Shown: positions 28,271 through 41,513 of the stretch, one piece after another
Layout: every line of letters begins with the position of its first letter
How positions within the stretch are numbered: the first letter of the stretch is position 1
Source of the DNA: Octopus vulgaris
Taxonomy: Eukaryota
Assembly (NCBI GenBank): GCA_951406725.2
Contig: OX597824.1
Span: 42,098,001-42,162,000, forward strand
Direction: 5' to 3'
Length of the DNA: 64,000 nt
Translations under genes and position numbers: made by a program
The notes under the pieces: model-generated
The model's input: the letters and a program-made list of their open reading frames with translations, nothing else
What the model was told of the DNA's origin: nothing
Database searches by the model: none

Positions 28271-28316
<46 letters not shown>

Positions 28317-28320
28317 TATA

Positions 28321-28495
28321 AATATCGAAACGTTTAGTAGATGAAACCTTAGCGACTGAAGAAGGGGATTTTTCGTTGTGCTTATTGTCCTGTATCTCTC
28401 TTTTTTTTGCTTGTCTTGTTCCTTGGTTTGTGTCTATGTTTTTCGTCTCTCTATGTGTTCGACGTCTTTTTGGTGTCCTGTACACATATATGCGT
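28321..28495 (+). mobile_element. Family P2-related terminal fragment in (TA)n
   Basis: CGAAACG...TAGATG...ACTGAAGAAGGGG...TTGTCCTG...GTCCTGTACACATATATG, collinear with 8915-9075. Confidence 0.5.
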
Positions 28496-28562
28496 GTATA
28501 TGTACATGTAGAGGTAGGTACGTACATATATGTTTATATATATGCATATGTTCTATTTTATT

Positions 28563-28601
<39 letters not shown>

Positions 28602-28812
28602 TCAAAATGTTACCGCGTGTGTACCGTTGGCGATTTTTTTCCTCTGTCTTCCCTTCTCTGGATCTTTCCTTCTCGTATGATTCCGACGAAGAGTTCCGCT
28701 CGAAACGTTAAACCATCCTTCTTCCCTTCCTTCCTGAGCGTCCAATAATACTATATTTGTTCCACGTCCTCGCGTTGTTTTCTCTTTGTGTATTCATGTT
28801 TGGATTAACTTC
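28602..28812 (+). mobile_element. Family P3 copy with hammerhead-like core (28683-28711), in (TA)n
   Basis: CCGACGAAGAGTTCCGCTCGAAACGTTAAACCATC...CTGAGCGTC...CACGTCCTCGC. (TA)n on both sides. Confidence 0.65.
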
Positions 28813-28834
28813 ATATATATATATGTATATATAC

Positions 28835-28875
<41 letters not shown>

Positions 28876-28879
28876 TATA

Positions 28880-30143
28880 TCAGGTAAGTTCTGTCCGAAT
28901 TTTGAATAAAGAAAACTAGTGATTAAATGTTATATTTAATTGAAATTTAATCATCAATGTACTTTCCCTGATTATCTATGACTTCCTTCCATCTACTTAC
29001 AAGCTTTTTAATCCCATCAATGTAAAACTCTTATGGCTTCAAAGCGAACTCTGAAATGTCAGTTTCGACCTCCTCCTGGCTTGCGAAAGTTATGTTTCCC
29101 AAATGATTCTGTAAACTACTAAACAAATGGTAGTCTGAAGGAGCAAGGTCGGGAGAATAAGGTGGATGAGAATTTTTTTCCGAACCAAGCTCATCGATCT
29201 TTTGTGATGTGATATCTGCAGTGTGGGGTCGCGCATTTTCCTAATGAAACATCACTTCTTTTCGATTCACTAAAGCGAGTCTTTTTTCCCTTCAAAGCTT
29301 GGTTCAAACGCTCTAATTGCTGACAGTAGACTTGAGCATTGATTGTTGCATTAGGTGGTAACAATTCAAAGTGAATTACTCCTTTACAATCCCACCAGAT
29401 AGAGAGAACTTTTTCCCCATGAAGTTCCCTTCTCGGTTGTGGTTGAGCTTTTTTTCCTTTATTAAGCTACTGTTTACGACGTTTAACATTTCGATAGAAG
29501 ATCCATTTTTCGTCACCAGTCACAAGTCTATCCAAAAAGGGTGAAATGAGTTCGTGAGAATGGAGAGAAGAGCAGATGTCAACTTGGGATTTGCGGTTGC
29601 TTTCGGACAATTCATGAGGCACACATTTTCGAAGTTCAGGAAACCTTCCAAATTGTTGACGATGACGATGAACAGTTGTATGGTTTGAACGAAGCTTTAT
29701 TCAACTGATAATGCAGAATTTTCTTCAAGTAATGCCTCAAGGAGATTATCATCAAACTCAACTGAACGTCCTGTTTGATCTTCATCTTCAAGGCTGAAAT
29801 CTCCACTTCTGAATTTTGCAAACCATCTTCTGCAAGTTCTTTCATTCAAGCATTCTTTCCCATAAACTGAGTGTATGTTTCGAGTTGCTTCGGTTGCAGA
29901 GTTTCCTTTTTTGTACTCATAAAGCATTATGTGCCTCAAATGCCCTTTGGATACTTCCATGTTAGAAAGGGTTTTAATCAAAGAAATTTTAATTCTATTA
30001 TTCTGTAAAATAATATTTAATTAGTTTAAATGTACACAAATGCCTAAAAATAATTTTTAATTCCATTAGACATTCTAAAATACTATTAAGTTTATCCAAT
30101 TTTAAAAAAGGTAAAATCGGACAGAACTTATGGGATGACCTGG
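28880..30143 (-). mobile_element. mariner-family DNA transposon, near full length
   Basis: TA flanks. Inverted ends CAGGT[deletion]AAGTTCTGTCCGA and TCGGACAGAACTTATGGGATGACCTG. About 1.26 kb with a transposase pseudogene. Confidence 0.93.
28947..29960 (-). pseudogene. mariner transposase pseudogene (frameshifts and stops)
   Basis: MEVSKGHLRHIMLYEYKKGNSATEATRNIHSVYG...RRWFAKFRSGDFSLED (HTH), VTGDEKWI, WDCKGVI, ENARPH, YSPDLAPSDYHLF, ending GKYIDD*. Confidence 0.92.
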
Positions 30144-30154
30144 TATATGCACAT

Positions 30155-30205
<51 letters not shown>

Positions 30206-30460
30206 CACGCACACATAGTGTATGCACATAATCTGTACAAACGTCATTAAGACCCTAGTATATCTCTGTATGTGTAAATGTGAAAGCGCATAGATTTGTT
30301 GCATGTCTATCTTGTCTCTTTCTTTTCCCACCCCGCTCTCTCTGTATACAAGGTAGACACAAACACACGCGCGCACAGAATTTACAAGCATAGCTGTATG
30401 TATATGCGTCTACACACACGCACTCACACACACACACACATTTATCAGCCTGTCCTTCTT

Positions 30461-30540
<80 letters not shown>

Positions 30541-30829
30541 CCTATCTACCTATCTACATCTATGTGTGTGTGTTTGTGTGTGTGTGGGGATCTAATCAAC
30601 TGTTATTTTTCTTTAATTCTTTTCAATTTATTTTTTTTAACTGGATAGAGGATGGCGTATATGAAGAGAATAGATGCTGTAAAGAACGAAGGAAGGCATC
30701 GGAAAGGACGACGGTTACAGGAATAAGAAGAGGAACGAAACAAATTTAACAAATAACGCCTAACGTCGTCAAATGGCCATTTAAATAGCAGCACGAACGG
30801 CGACATGATCTAAACAACAATTGATATAA

Positions 30830-30967
30830 TCATCATCATCATCATAATCATCATCATCAACATTGTTGTCGCCGTCGTCGTCATCATCGTCATCATGATC
30901 ATCGTCAACGTCGTCGTGGTCGTCATCATCATCACCATCATCATCGTTGTCGTCAGGGTCGTCGTGG

Positions 30968-31025
<58 letters not shown>

Positions 31026-31069
31026 CAACAACAGCAGCGATAAAAACTACAACACCTACAACACCAGCA

Positions 31070-31127
<58 letters not shown>

Positions 31128-31138
31128 ATACTACCACC

Positions 31139-31180
<42 letters not shown>

Positions 31181-31201
31181 GCTACTACTACTACCACCAC
31201 C

Positions 31202-31261
<60 letters not shown>

Positions 31262-31285
31262 GCTGCTACTGCTGATACTACCACC

Positions 31286-31342
<57 letters not shown>

Positions 31343-31366
31343 GCTGCTGCTGATACTACCACCACC

Positions 31367-31405
<39 letters not shown>

Positions 31406-31429
31406 GCTACTACCACCACCACCACCACC

Positions 31430-31482
<53 letters not shown>

Positions 31483-31483
31483 G

Positions 31484-31548
<65 letters not shown>

Positions 31549-31554
31549 ACCACC

Positions 31555-31590
<36 letters not shown>

Positions 31591-31630
31591 GCTACTACTA
31601 CCACCACCACCACCACCACCACCACCACTG

Positions 31631-31679
<49 letters not shown>

Positions 31680-31680
31680 A
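30830..31680. repeat. Compound (TCA)n/(CTA)n/(CCA)n/(CTG)n array with higher-order units
   Basis: Repeated cassette (CTA)n-(CTG)n-ATACTA-(CCA)n. Source of the 291-aa and 236-aa low-complexity ORFs. Confidence 0.92.
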
Positions 31681-32182
31681 AGCAAATCTAATATTTCAAA
31701 TAACAAAGGCTTTTGGTAGAGTTGTAAAATCAGAAAGACAACAAACAAAAAAATCGTTCGTATCTTTGCGTTTGCGCGCACGCGCGTATTTGCGTGTGTT
31801 GTGTGTGTATATGTGTGTGTGAGTGCGTGTCTATGTGAGTGTGTCTGTGTGTGTGTGTGGGGGGGGGGCACGCTCGTTCATGTGTACCGGTAGGTGTGCA
31901 AGAGTGGAAATCAATGTGCTTGTATTTATGTGCGTGTGTACGTGTGCGCGCCCGATTATGAGTCAGTGTCTGTGCGTGCGTATGCGCGCGTGTGTGTGTG
32001 GAGATATGTATGTGTGTGCATGTTTGTGTGTGTGGACATGTGTGACTGTGTCAATATATGTGCGTATATGTATCCGTGTGAGATTATGCGTTTCAGTATA
32101 CGATAATTTGTGGGTGTTCATGTGTTAGAATATAAGTATCAGTGTGCTGTTGAGTGAATTTGCGCGCGCGTGACAATATACA

Positions 32183-32218
<36 letters not shown>

Positions 32219-32373
32219 TGTATGTATGTATATATATATATATATAAATATATATCATATATATATATATATATATATATAGTATAATAAATGCAATGGA
32301 AACAGCTCTTGAACTTTTTCCATTTCCTTTATTATACTTGTCTAGCGTCTCAGGTTCGACTTGAGCCCTTCTA

Positions 32374-32413
<40 letters not shown>

Positions 32414-32469
32414 TATGTATGTATATATATGTGTGTGTGTGTATATGTATATATATATATATCCATGTA

Positions 32470-32860
32470 CATATTCTTTTATTTGTGTCAGTCATTTGAT
32501 TGCGGCTATGCAGGAGCACCGCCTTAGGTCGAGCATATCGATCCCAGGATTACTCTTTGTAAGCCTAGTACATATTCTATTGGTGTATTTAGCCGAACCA
32601 CTAAGTTATGGGACATGAACGCACCAGCATCTGTTGTCAAGCGATGCTGGGAGCCAAACACGCACACACAAATACACACACACAAACACATACAAACACA
32701 CACGCATACGTCGGGCTTCTTTCAGTTTCCGTCTACCAAATCCACTCACAAGGCCCGAGGCTATAGTAGAAGACACTTGCCCAAGGTGCCACGCAGTGGG
32801 ACTGAACGCGGAAGTATGTGGTTTGTAAGTAATCTACTTACCACACAGCCACTGCTGCGC
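32470..32860 (-). mobile_element. SINE family A, near full length
   Basis: GTCATTTGATTGCGGCTATGCAGGAGCACCGCC...GACACTTGCCCAAGGTGCCACGCAGTGGGACTGAAC...CTTACCACACAGCCAC. Confidence 0.85.
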
Positions 32861-32876
32861 CTACACACACACACAT

Positions 32877-32928
<52 letters not shown>

Positions 32929-33526
32929 CATTCATGCATGTATGTGTGTGTTCATGAATGTATGCTCATATATACGATCACATGTACCTCTGTATGAACT
33001 CACGTAACTCTGTATGAATGCATGTGTATGCACGCACACGAGTGTGTATATACCTTTGTCTCTATGTGTCTGTATGCCATAGATACAGTCAGCCTCTGGA
33101 CCCCCACTGTCGCTGTGGGTCCGTCTGCAAAACGACCATTGTTACCCTGAGAGGAACGTGTGTCAGTTATATTTTGTTGTTAGTCTTGTTTTTGAATCAG
33201 CGACTGAAATCTTAGCCAATAAAACAACTCCTGTCCACCTGCAGACTCTTTTGTTGTATCATTTGGTTGGGTTTTTATCTTGGCAGCAGGGAGGGCAGGG
33301 CAGAGGAGGTTTTTTTTTTTTATATGGTTGCTGAGTATTTTTTTTTTATGCGTGTTTTCTTAGTTATTATGTTTGTTTGTTTGGATGAATGGATGGGGAT
33401 TGATGGGGGGCTTGTTTGTTTGGTTGGCTGGCTGGCTGGCTGGTTGGATGGCTAGCTGGTTAGTTTGGTTTGTTAGTTTCTCTTCATCATCATCACCACC
33501 ACCACCACCACCACCACCACAACCAC

Positions 33527-33570
<44 letters not shown>

Positions 33571-33832
33571 ACATCGTCATCGTCGTCGTCGTCGTCATCA
33601 TTATCATCATCATCACTGTCATTGTCATCGTCGTGGTTGTTGTCGTCGTTGTCGTCATCGTTGTCATTGTCTCTACACCTTATCTCCACTATTGAGCCAG
33701 CCTCTGCTTCTTACGTTATATTCTCTCACTAATTTACCTATGTTCTCTACCACCACCATTACCATTGCAATCATCACCACTATCACTGCCGCTGCCGCCG
33801 CCGCCGCCGCCACTGCCACCATCACCACCATC

Positions 33833-33975
33833 AAATTCCACCGAGGTCCACTTTGCTTTTCATCCTCTCAGGGTCGACGAAATAAGTACCAGTCATGTAT
33901 TGAGGTTCATATAAACGACTAGAACCCTCGCCAAAAAATTCAGGCTCCTAAATTTGTGCCTATAGTAGAAAGACT
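33833..33975 (+). mobile_element. SINE family B fragment
   Basis: AAATTCCACCGAGGTCCACTTTGC...AATAAGTACCAG...TGTGCCTATAGTAGAAAG. Confidence 0.7.
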
Positions 33976-34015
33976 CACATCATCATCATCGTCGTTGTCG
34001 TTATTGATGTTTTGC

Positions 34016-34049
<34 letters not shown>

Positions 34050-34308
34050 TTTTTTTTTTTTTTTTTCTTCTTTCAAATTTGCTTCCATTTCTTGCCGAGT
34101 GTCTTCCCGACTCCTAGGGCAAAGAAACTCATAGTATACATTGGTAGGCCATTAAACCAAACTCAATAGTTCGTTCATTTTTTTTTTTTTTTTTTAAATT
34201 AAAAAAAAATTTTTTTAAGTTATATTAAAATACATGAGCAGCAACAGTTCTCACATCGACAATGCTCTTCTCAATACGTGTGATGTACCAGTTAAGACAA
34301 TCTTTTGC
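34050..34308 (-). mobile_element. R4/Dong-like 3' end, heavily 5'-truncated, inserted within (TAA)n
   Basis: Minus strand reads QKIVLTGTSHVLRRALSM*. 3' UTR TGGCCTACCAATGTAT...GAGTTTCTTTGCCCTAGG...GACACTCGGCAAG is shared with 11640-11710. Poly-A end. (TTA)n on both flanks. Confidence 0.85.
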
Positions 34309-34392
<84 letters not shown>

Positions 34393-34394
34393 TT

Positions 34395-34456
<62 letters not shown>

Positions 34457-35309
34457 AAGATCTTTTCAATTTGATGGCCAGGTTTTTTAATTAATTTTTT
34501 TAGACTAAACACTTTGAAACTTCGGATACTGGTAGAATGTGTCATGCAGAACAGGGTTTACTCTTAACGTTTTTGACAAAATTTTATATTTTGGAAATTA
34601 TTTCGTTTGAAAGTTGTCATATTTGGGTAAATTTAACCAATCAATGACGTGTATTCAGCTGAAGAAAATTACTGCTGATGTTTGCGAACAATAACTTCCG
34701 GGTCCATTCTCTTAACAAAACCATCCTTTAATAACTAGATATGTTTTTATAGCAACGTAGGTTCGCTGTATCAGAGTTGATTTGAGGCTAAATAACAAAG
34801 CTATTACTGAGACAGACCAACAACGGAGTCTGTATGTGGTTGTATGACCTGATAGAAAAAGTAGCCAAGCTTTTTTTGTATACAGAATGTTATTACTATT
34901 TTTGAAAATACATTTCTTTATAGTGCAACTTATACTAGCTGCTGTTCAATATATTTCCGTATGATAATAAATAAATATGACAATTATTATCAATTTTATT
35001 GTACATTTTTTTAATATTGTGACAGTCACAGTATTTCAATTGGTCGGCGTTTGGGTGTCAGTTTATTAGAGGCTGCTACACTATTAGGAGAAATACGGTA
35101 CATATATAGAATATTACAAGCGTTGCCTTAAAAAGTACGAAACTAGAATCGAAAAACGCGCACGCTCAAAAGGGTTACAGAATGTTATAATAAAGTTTAA
35201 AACGTATGGGATTAGCATTGTTACTCAAAAATATTGAAATCACTATATGTTGTACACTCTGTGGCATGCTTTTATCACAAGAAATTTGTTTAGTTCACCG
35301 AAATTAAGT

Positions 35310-36016
35310 TATACGTAAAATATAGAGTAGCGAGTTTTTTTTTTTTTCGAAGTTTCACTACCACTGGCCTAGCATGTATAAAAAGTCAATAGACAACATA
35401 TTCTCAATATAAAATAGTGGATATTTAATCACAAGAGAAACTGCCTTCAACAGGTAGTTTTACACGCCAGAAGAAGTAGTCAAAACGACCAAAACCACAT
35501 TCAAGAGCAATTCTTAAAGGGAATGAAAAATAAAAACGTTTACGTTGTTATTTTATTCCGGTCAAACCTAGGTTACAAATATTTTAGTAAATAAAATAAT
35601 TTGCTAGGCGAAATTCTCATCAGTGACCGCGCCATAACACTAACATATAATTAACAGACAAATAACACGTGCCTCATCGTTATACATTATAATTTTTCAA
35701 GTTCACCGCGCAGGCGCAGTTTCAGTCGGCAGTAAATGAATAAATGCCGAACTAATCTTCTAAAAATTGCTAAAATCATATACGTAAAAATATAGGGTAG
35801 CTAGTTTTTTTTTTTTTTTAGAAATTTCACTACCAGTGGCATAGCATGTATCAAAAATCAATAGACAGCATATTCTCAATATAAAACAGTGTACATTTAA
35901 ACACAAGAATTGCTCTTAAATGTGGTTTTAGTCGTTTTGACTACTTCTAGGGTGTAAAATTGCCTGTTGAAGGCGGTTTCTCTTGTGTTTAAATGTACAC
36001 TATTTTATATTGAGAA
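35310..36016. repeat. Local direct duplication plus inversion
   Basis: 35310-35436 recurs at 35779-35908. 35906-36016 is the reverse complement of 35401-35514. Confidence 0.8.
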
Positions 36017-37128
36017 ATTAAGTTATATTAATGATTGATCAAGTTAAATTATCGTATGCTCAATTTCAAAAGAGTTGTGTACAAATACTAATGTCACCTT
36101 TACGCAATAATTCAATCTATGAATGATAATTTTTATAAATTTACATGTAGACAATAAAAAATAATTAAGCAAGAATTTGTTTAATTCGCATAACTATTCC
36201 ATTAATATGAGTATCATAAAGCGAATTATCTTTACTTATAATTATTTCTGTTTCGTACTTTCGCTGTTATTTAGATTAGACTTCACCATAAATCCAGTTT
36301 TTTTTATCATCTTGTTAATTTGCATGCAGTGGGAAATATGTTTTTTTTTATATACTTTGGTATGAAGAGTGTTATAATGAATTTACTTATTCGAAGTTAA
36401 AGATCATATTTTGTACATTTTCAAATTTTTATATAAAGTACTCGGTTTAATAATCATCGTGACATCGTGATTCACACACGAGTCTCTTTTCTTTTTAAGA
36501 TGCCAAAGAATGTACAACATATAGTGATTCCAATATTTTTGAGCATCAATGCTAGTCCCATATTTTTTAAGGTTTATTATGACATTCTGTAATACTTTTT
36601 AGCGTGAGCATTTTTCAATTGTAAAGAGAATATTACAGGAAAGAACGTCTATAGCGATAAGTCTGAGAAAAACGACACCACTTATAATATATACTCATAA
36701 ATGCTGTGTCAAATGAAAGTTTCGATAGAAATTTTAATGAAGGAGCAATTTGGTTTTCCGGAACATAATTTGGACTCAGAGAAACTTCACACATAGAAGA
36801 ACTAAATGTAAACTGTCCACTTGGAGGCATTACGTGACAAAAGCCGACGCTTTGCTATTCGAAAATGTTATACAGACGCAAGAAAGAGGGACATAAATTA
36901 CCTATTCATTGGCAAGGCCACAGAGGCTTTCCCTGAGCGCTTGAAAGAGCAGCTGGAAACAGATGTTACTGATAAATCGAAAGAAAGCTTAATCGAGAAT
37001 GGGAAAGCATGTATATGTCACAATGTGTTGTTTTAAAACTGAACTCCGAGCAAAGCGGTTAATACGTCGAACGCAGGCCTGATGTAATATTTGATATGGA
37101 CGAACAGGTTGGTCACTGTCAAGATCAT

Positions 37129-37214
37129 TATTGACCAAAGTTACGCCAGCATTGATCTCCTATTCATATAGGAATATGAATTGGAGATCAATGCTGGCAT
37201 AACTTTGGGCAATA
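37129..37214. repeat. 86-nt hairpin (41-bp stem, 3 mismatches, AGGA loop)
   Basis: TATTGACCAAAGTTACGCCAGCATTGATCTCCTATTCATAT-AGGA-ATATGAATTGGAGATCAATGCTGGCATAACTTTGGGCAATA. Confidence 0.9.
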
Positions 37215-37761
37215 TGTGGTCTAGTGGGATATCTCTATGGATATACAAGTTATCATAACTGTAAAAACGCACAAAATGACCCCAGAGTTTTATCGTGTAG
37301 TGGTTAGTTAAAGGAAAACTTTTAGACTGGTCGTTTGATCTTTCTGCAAGAAAGAGCTGGAAAAGCTAAAACTATGGGTACCACTGGACTAGACTCTAGG
37401 TTGACATCCTTGATTTTGATTTCATGAGCTGTCTAGGGATATTAGAGAGCCCGTTCTCCCGTTACCTTGAGATAATGCAGAAAGTAGGCAAGTCGAGCTT
37501 GGTGGTAAACTACAGAAAATAATAAGAAAATAACTACTCGTAAAATAATATACATTCCAAGAAGAGGCAAGTAAAAATTCATGAGCTAATCTCTCCTCAC
37601 GTCGAAAGAAAGTTCATAGTTTTTTGCGAAATAAACTAGGAGCTATTAGGACTACCAAACAATCTAAAGGAAAACTCGGGAAATGGAAGTGTGGAGATTA
37701 GAGAGATAAACCCCAATATTTCTTAACATACACACAATGGAAACACTGCAACTTTTGAGTC

Positions 37762-37940
37762 AGAGGAGTTGGCAGAAACGTTAGCATGCCGGGAAAATGC
37801 TTAGCAGCATTTCGTCCGTTTTTATGTTCCCAGTTCAGATTCCGCCAAGGTCGACTTTGCCTTTCATCCTTTAGAGGTCTATGTAATCGAATTACCCCTC
37901 CCATCAAACTTCAGGCCTTGTGCCTATAATAGAAAGGATC
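37762..37940 (+). mobile_element. SINE family B
   Basis: GAGTTGGCAGAAACGTTAGCATGCCGGG.AAATGCTTAGC...GTCGACTTTGCCTTTCATCC...TGTGCCTATAATAGAAAGG. Confidence 0.8.
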
Positions 37941-38444
37941 ATCATCATCACAATCATCATCATCATCATCATCAGTTTCATTTGGATCGGTTGAAAGTTT
38001 TCGATAAGTTCGACCATCACAAATAGGCAATAGTCCTACAAGTAGCAGGTTTCGGACCTGCTTTTAGAAGCTAGTAAATAGTATTGCTTAGCGGAAACTG
38101 CTATTTGATGAGAGAGCATTACCACTTCGTGGAACCGTTTCATATCGCGCTCTCAGGCTGTGAAGGGCAGCCTCGCTTGTCTTATCCGCACTTGTTGGCT
38201 CTCAAACTATTGCTGCAGAAACTAAAATTGTCGAGTGGGCATTTTTCTTGAGCTGCGTTACGGAAATGCTAATTCTTGACGTATGCTTTACTATAGGAAC
38301 AGAAAGACAGAATATTCTATAACTACGTGAGTAAGCAAAAATCACAAGATGGTCTTTTATCCAAGTGGAGTAAAAGGGGGAAAACCAGGAGGATAGAAGC
38401 TGTCAGAAGGCAAGGCAGCAGTATTAGCAGATCCCTGAATTTTA

Positions 38445-38665
38445 CCCCTTTAGCATTCATATTAATCTGTCAAATGTAATGCTTATTTATTCACATTGCT
38501 TTGAATTAATAGTGCATTACTTTGTAGCTTTGAGATTTTGATGATGTGATTGTAGATTTCGAGAATCACATTGTAGGGTAGGTGTAAGAGTTTGGATTTG
38601 ACCAGTTTGAACCTAAAACATATAGAATCTTTGGGCCCAATATGACCGGTTTAAATGTTAAGGAG
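38445..38665. mobile_element. piggyBac-type MITE
   Basis: TTTA-CCCCTTTAGCATT...AATGTTAAGGAG-TTAA: decayed TTAA target site and CCC/GGG-type termini. Confidence 0.6.
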
Positions 38666-39021
38666 TTAAACGGCCGGGAGGAAGACTTTGCTTGATAAGT
38701 AGACGTTCTGAAAATGGCCGGATCAGAAACAGAAACTCAGAAAGTCATCTCATTTTAAACATCATCAACACCAGTGATTACTGATTTGGTATTGTTGGTG
38801 GTAGTAATGGAGGAAGTACATAGAATCAGTTACAATGTTTGGGTCCAATATGGCCGGTTTAAATGCTAAAGAGTTAAACGACAGGAAGGAAGATTTCGCC
38901 TGCTAAGTGGTCGCTCTGAAAACGGCCGAATAAGAAACTGAAACTCAGAAATTCATCTCATTTTAAGTATCACCAACATCAGTGACTACTGACTTGGTGT
39001 TGGTGGTGATGGAAGAGGTAC
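38623..39021. repeat. ~200-bp diverged tandem duplication spanning the MITE right end
   Basis: TTTGGG.CCAATATG.CCGGTTTAAATG.TAA.GAGTTAAACG...GAAACTCAGAAA.TCATCTCATTTTAA occurs at ~38630 and ~38838. Confidence 0.85.
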
Positions 39022-39306
39022 AAAAAATCAGAAGGGATTTTTTTTCTACAAGCATCGTGTTGGCCGGAGGTCGAAGCAGTATATTCGACACATCATTTAG
39101 CATGGAGAAAATAAAGTTTGGAGAAAAAATTGGAAAGCTGTGAAAAATATTTTTGATAGCATATGGATACGTGTTTCAGCTGTTTATGTTCTCAGTTCAA
39201 ATTACGGCAAGGTCAACTTAACCATTCATTCCTTTGGTTTTAATAAACAGTCAAATATTGAAATCAATTTGTTCTTTCCTTCTTCCTTTTTCTTCATTTC
39301 TTCATT

Positions 39307-39356
<50 letters not shown>

Positions 39357-39550
39357 TTTCCTTCTTACTTTCTTTCTTTCTTTCCTTCTTTCTTTCTTTC
39401 TCTTTTATTATTAATTTATTTATTCATTCATTTATTTATTTCGTTATTTCTTTCTTCCTCTCTCCCCTTCTTTCTTTTTCTTTCCTTCGTTCTTCCTTCC
39501 TTTCTTTCTTTCTTTCTTTCTTTCTTCCTTCCTTCCTTCCTTCTTTCCTT

Positions 39551-39598
<48 letters not shown>

Positions 39599-40032
39599 CT
39601 TTCGTTTTCCCCGAATTTGGAGTCCAATCACAGTGTATCAGAAAGGATATAAGATACCATCGACATAAATAAATAAATAAATAAATCTCCATGGAATCTT
39701 GAAAAATCTACGCACCTAAGAATTGGTTTTTGTTTTTATCGTTTAGTCAGGTGAGTAGGTAGTGCCTATGACCTTTCAAAGGGCTTCTCAATCTGGTGAA
39801 AAGGTGAGAGGAAGTTAGCTACAAAACGGAGACAAGGTCCAAATACTTGCAAAAGCATCTTGTCTTCAAATGCAAAATCATTTCGGCTTTCGCTAAAAGC
39901 ACGCAAGGGGCCAGGTTATGGTGTCAAAACGGGTGACAGACTGAATTCTAGCACCAGGCTGATGTTTACTACCCAATTTTGCAGATTATATTGATGTAAT
40001 GGCATCAATAACAGCAGTAGCAGTAGTAGTGA

Positions 40033-40104
<72 letters not shown>

Positions 40105-41408
40105 CAGTAGTAGTAGTAGTAGCAGCAGCAGTAGTTTTTGTTCAGGTTATCTAATTGCAGGTCAACCCTTATTTAGCTAACTTTTGATTAAAGCCATTCA
40201 AGCCGTGTCAATCTTGCCAAGCAATATCTATCTATCTATCTATATATCTATTTATCTATCTATCAATCTAATACCTTCAGGAAAACATTATTCAGTGTGA
40301 CTTAACCTCTCTCAAGGAGATAAAATGTGGTTCAAGAGAGAGAGAGAGAGAGAGACCGGATCAGAGAGAGACCGGATCAGAGAGAGACCGGATCAGAGAA
40401 AGAGACTGGATGAGAGAGAGTGAGAATGCAGGTGAGAGAGAGAGAGAGAGAGAGAGAAAGAAAGCGGGTGAATGAGAGATTTGGTGGTTATTTCTAGCAG
40501 GTTCAGCGACCCTCCTGTTGCTGTAAAAGATATTCTGCCGAATAATCTCATTTCCGGTTTTAGGATCGTCAAAAGAAAATATTTGTTATATTTTTCACCC
40601 CGCCCTCCCTCATCCTTTTATTCTGAAATATCTCGTTTCCTTCACATTCTTGTATTTATTTTGATTATTCTTCATGTTTTTTCCCAAGATATTTCCTGAA
40701 AACCTTTCTTAGAATAATTCTTACGGTTTCGTTCTTTCGGCCATTTTTTTTTAAACAATATTTTTCTCTCTCTTCCTTTTGTTGCATTCTTGTGTTTCAT
40801 TTATAGCATTCCATCATTCTGGTATTCATTTAGTTTCACTTTCACTTTTATTTTTGTTTTCCCTCGCTTTCTAAATTTTGATATTTTTCTCTTGTTTCTT
40901 TTCCCTTTCAATCTTCTATTTTCCATTCTTTCATTCACCTCTTCTTTGTTTCTCTTTTTCCATTTGACTATTATTTTTTTGTTTCGCTTTTCCTCATTTC
41001 TTTAGCATTTTCTTTGTTTTGCTACTTTTTCAGTCTTTCTTTGATATGTGATCCATTTTTATCTTTTCCTTTTTTTCTTTTTTTCCCCTTTATGTAAGTC
41101 TATCTGAACCCATTGCTTCTTTTTTGTATTTCTACTTTACTTCTGTCTTTTCTTTCCCTCCCTATATCTGTCTCTCTTTTCACACACTCTTTATAATATA
41201 TTCCATACATTATCTTTACCTCATTCTTCCTGCAGTACGTCCAGAGTAGCTATCAGTTTATCGTTAACTAACTATAGGAAAATTGCTAACTTCCCTGGAA
41301 GCACCCTTACGTTTTGCTCGCTTTTGTTTAGGATCCATTCAACCATTGTCAGGGCCCCGACAGATTGCGTTTTGGAAACAGAAGTTCCTAGGTCCTGTTG
41401 CTATCGTT

Positions 41409-41513
41409 GCAGGCTCTGCTCTAGGCTCTGCAGGCTCTGCTCTAGGCTCTGCAGGTCCTGCTCTAGTCTCTTCACGCTCTGCTCTAGGCTCTGTACGCTC
41501 TGCTCAAAGCTCT
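41409..41513. repeat. 21-bp minisatellite, 5 units
   Basis: Consensus GCAGGCTCTGCTCTAGGCTCT. Confidence 0.9.

Noticed and set aside
30947-31822. 291-aa Ser/Thr-rich mucin-like ORF
   Set aside because: Built entirely from (TCA)/(CTA)/(CCA) repeats that are also open on the opposite strand. No signal peptide or supporting exons.
40355-40410. Three ~14-bp units AGAGAGACCGGATC
   Set aside because: Local slippage within a (GA)n tract. No further structure.
41409-41513. CRISPR-like array
   Set aside because: Tandem units with no unique spacers, eukaryotic context, no cas genes.
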